NCBI GenBank assembly: GCA_051439425.1
Contig: JBFRWD010000059.1
Span: 1 to 61,014, forward strand
Length of the DNA: 61,014 nucleotides
Reading direction: 5' to 3'
Origin: Synechococcus sp.
Lineage (GTDB): Bacteria; Cyanobacteriota; Cyanobacteriia; Thermostichales; PCC-7336
Part shown: piece after piece, positions 59,933 through 61,014 of the stretch
How the letters are laid out: every line of letters starts with the position of its first letter
Position numbering within the stretch: the stretch's first letter is position 1
Translations under genes and position numbers: made by a program
Notes under the pieces: generated by a model
The model's database searches: none
What the model saw: only the letters and a program-made list of their open reading frames with translations
What the model was told of the DNA's origin: nothing

Positions 59933-61014
59933 ATGACGACTCTAGTACAACGCCGCGAGAGCGGTAGCGTATGGGAGCAGTTCTGCGAGTGGATCACCAG
60001 CACCGACAACCGCATTTATGTAGGTTGGTTCGGCGTCCTGATGATTCCCTGCCTGCTGACTGCAGCCATTACCTTCATCATCGCCTTCGTAGGCGCTCCT
60101 GCTGTTGACATCGACGGCATCCGCGAGCCTGTTCAAGGTTCTCTGTTTGGCGGCAACAACATCATCTCTGGTGCAATTGTTCCGTCTTCTGCAGCCATCG
60201 GCCTGCACTTCTACCCCATCTGGGAAGCTGCTTCCATGGATGAGTGGTTGTACAACGGCGGTACCTACCAGCTGGTAGTTCTGCACTTCTTGCTCGGCGT
60301 ATTCTGCTACATGGGCCGTGAGTGGGAACTGTCCTTCCGTCTGGGCATGCGCCCCTGGATTGCAGTAGCTTACTCTGCACCTGTTGCAGCAGCTACCGCA
60401 GTGTTCCTGATTTACCCCATCGGTCAGGGTTCTTTCTCTGATGGCATGCCTCTGGGTATCTCCGGAACCTTCAACTTCATGTTGGTATTTCAGGCTGAGC
60501 ACAACATTCTGATGCACCCCTTCCACATGTTGGGAGTAGCCGGTGTATTCGGTGGTTCTCTGTTCTCCGCCATGCACGGTTCTCTGGTAACTTCTTCTCT
60601 GATTCGCGAGACTTCTGAAGAAGAGTCCCAGAACGCTGGTTACAAGTTTGGTCAGGAAGAAGAGACCTACAACATCGTTGCAGCGCACGGCTACTTCGGT
60701 CGTCTGATCTTCCAATACGCTTCCTTCAACAACAGCCGTTCTCTGCACTTCTTGTTGGGTGCATGGCCTGTAATCGGCATCTGGTTTACCGCTCTGGGCA
60801 TCAGCACCATGGCGTTCAACCTGAACGGTTTCAACTTCAACCAGTCCATCGTGGATGCATCTGGTCGTGGTGTAGCGACTTGGGCAGACATCATCAACCG
60901 TGCCAACTTGGGTATGGAAGTCATGCACGAGCGTAACGCTCACAACTTCCCCTTGGACTTGGCTGCTGGCGATGCTGCTCCTGTAGCTCTCACCGCTCCT
61001 TCCATCAACGCTTA
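59933..61014 (+). CDS. psbA: Photosystem II D1 protein (360 aa; stop codon cut by the window edge, so absent from the ORF track)
   Basis: [34 protein letters not shown]...[21 protein letters not shown]161, D170, E189, H190, H332, E333, H337, D342 and A344 present; E130. Confidence 0.99.
   Translation, partial: MTTLVQRRESGSVWEQFCEWITSTDNRIYVGWFGVLMIPCLLTAAITFIIAFVGAPAVDIDGIREPVQGSLFGGNNIISGAIVPSSAAIGLHFYPIWEAASMDEWLYNGGTYQLVVLHFLLGVFCYMGREWELSFRLGMRPWIAVAYSAPVAAATAVFLIYPIGQGSFSDGMPLGISGTFNFMLVFQAEHNILMHPFHMLGVAGVFGGSLFSAMHGSLVTSSLIRETSEEESQNAGYKFGQEEETYNIVAAHGYFGRLIFQYASFNNSRSLHFLLGAWPVIGIWFTALGISTMAFNLNGFNFNQSIVDASGRGVATWADIINRANLGMEVMHERNAHNFPLDLAAGDAAPVALTAPSINA

Noticed and set aside
59942..60943. 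333-aa minus-strand ORF
   Set aside because: Antisense shadow of psbA caused by its strong codon bias

Overview
Chromosomal window from a cyanobacterium: frequent HIP1 GCGATCGC octamers plus psbA, ycf48, rubA, chlP, vipp1, sufBCD/sufR and ebsA. A GAF-less Hik2, D1-Ala87 and a Cys-free Ycf48 suggest an early-branching lineage (inference only). Most content is housekeeping: aspC-like, dnaB-rplI, gnd, tig, clpX, rbcR, two tRNAs and psbA. There are also accessory genes and two frameshifted pseudogenes (recR, umuD). No CRISPR array or intact IS was seen. Best leads: (1) a TetR regulator fused to a degenerate tyrosine-recombinase domain, divergent from desC, with three copies of a TGYARGY-N3-ACTTGCA palindrome flanking desC; (2) a contiguous hik34-like / sensor-less hik2 / rre1 cluster; (3) a translationally coupled operon of two arrestin/Spo0M-like proteins and a minimal P-loop ATPase; (4) an effector-less membrane nSTAND1 ATPase with two SH3b domains upstream of vipp1; (5) an M50 protease lacking its third Zn ligand. 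All family calls come from recognising motifs by eye, not from database searches.
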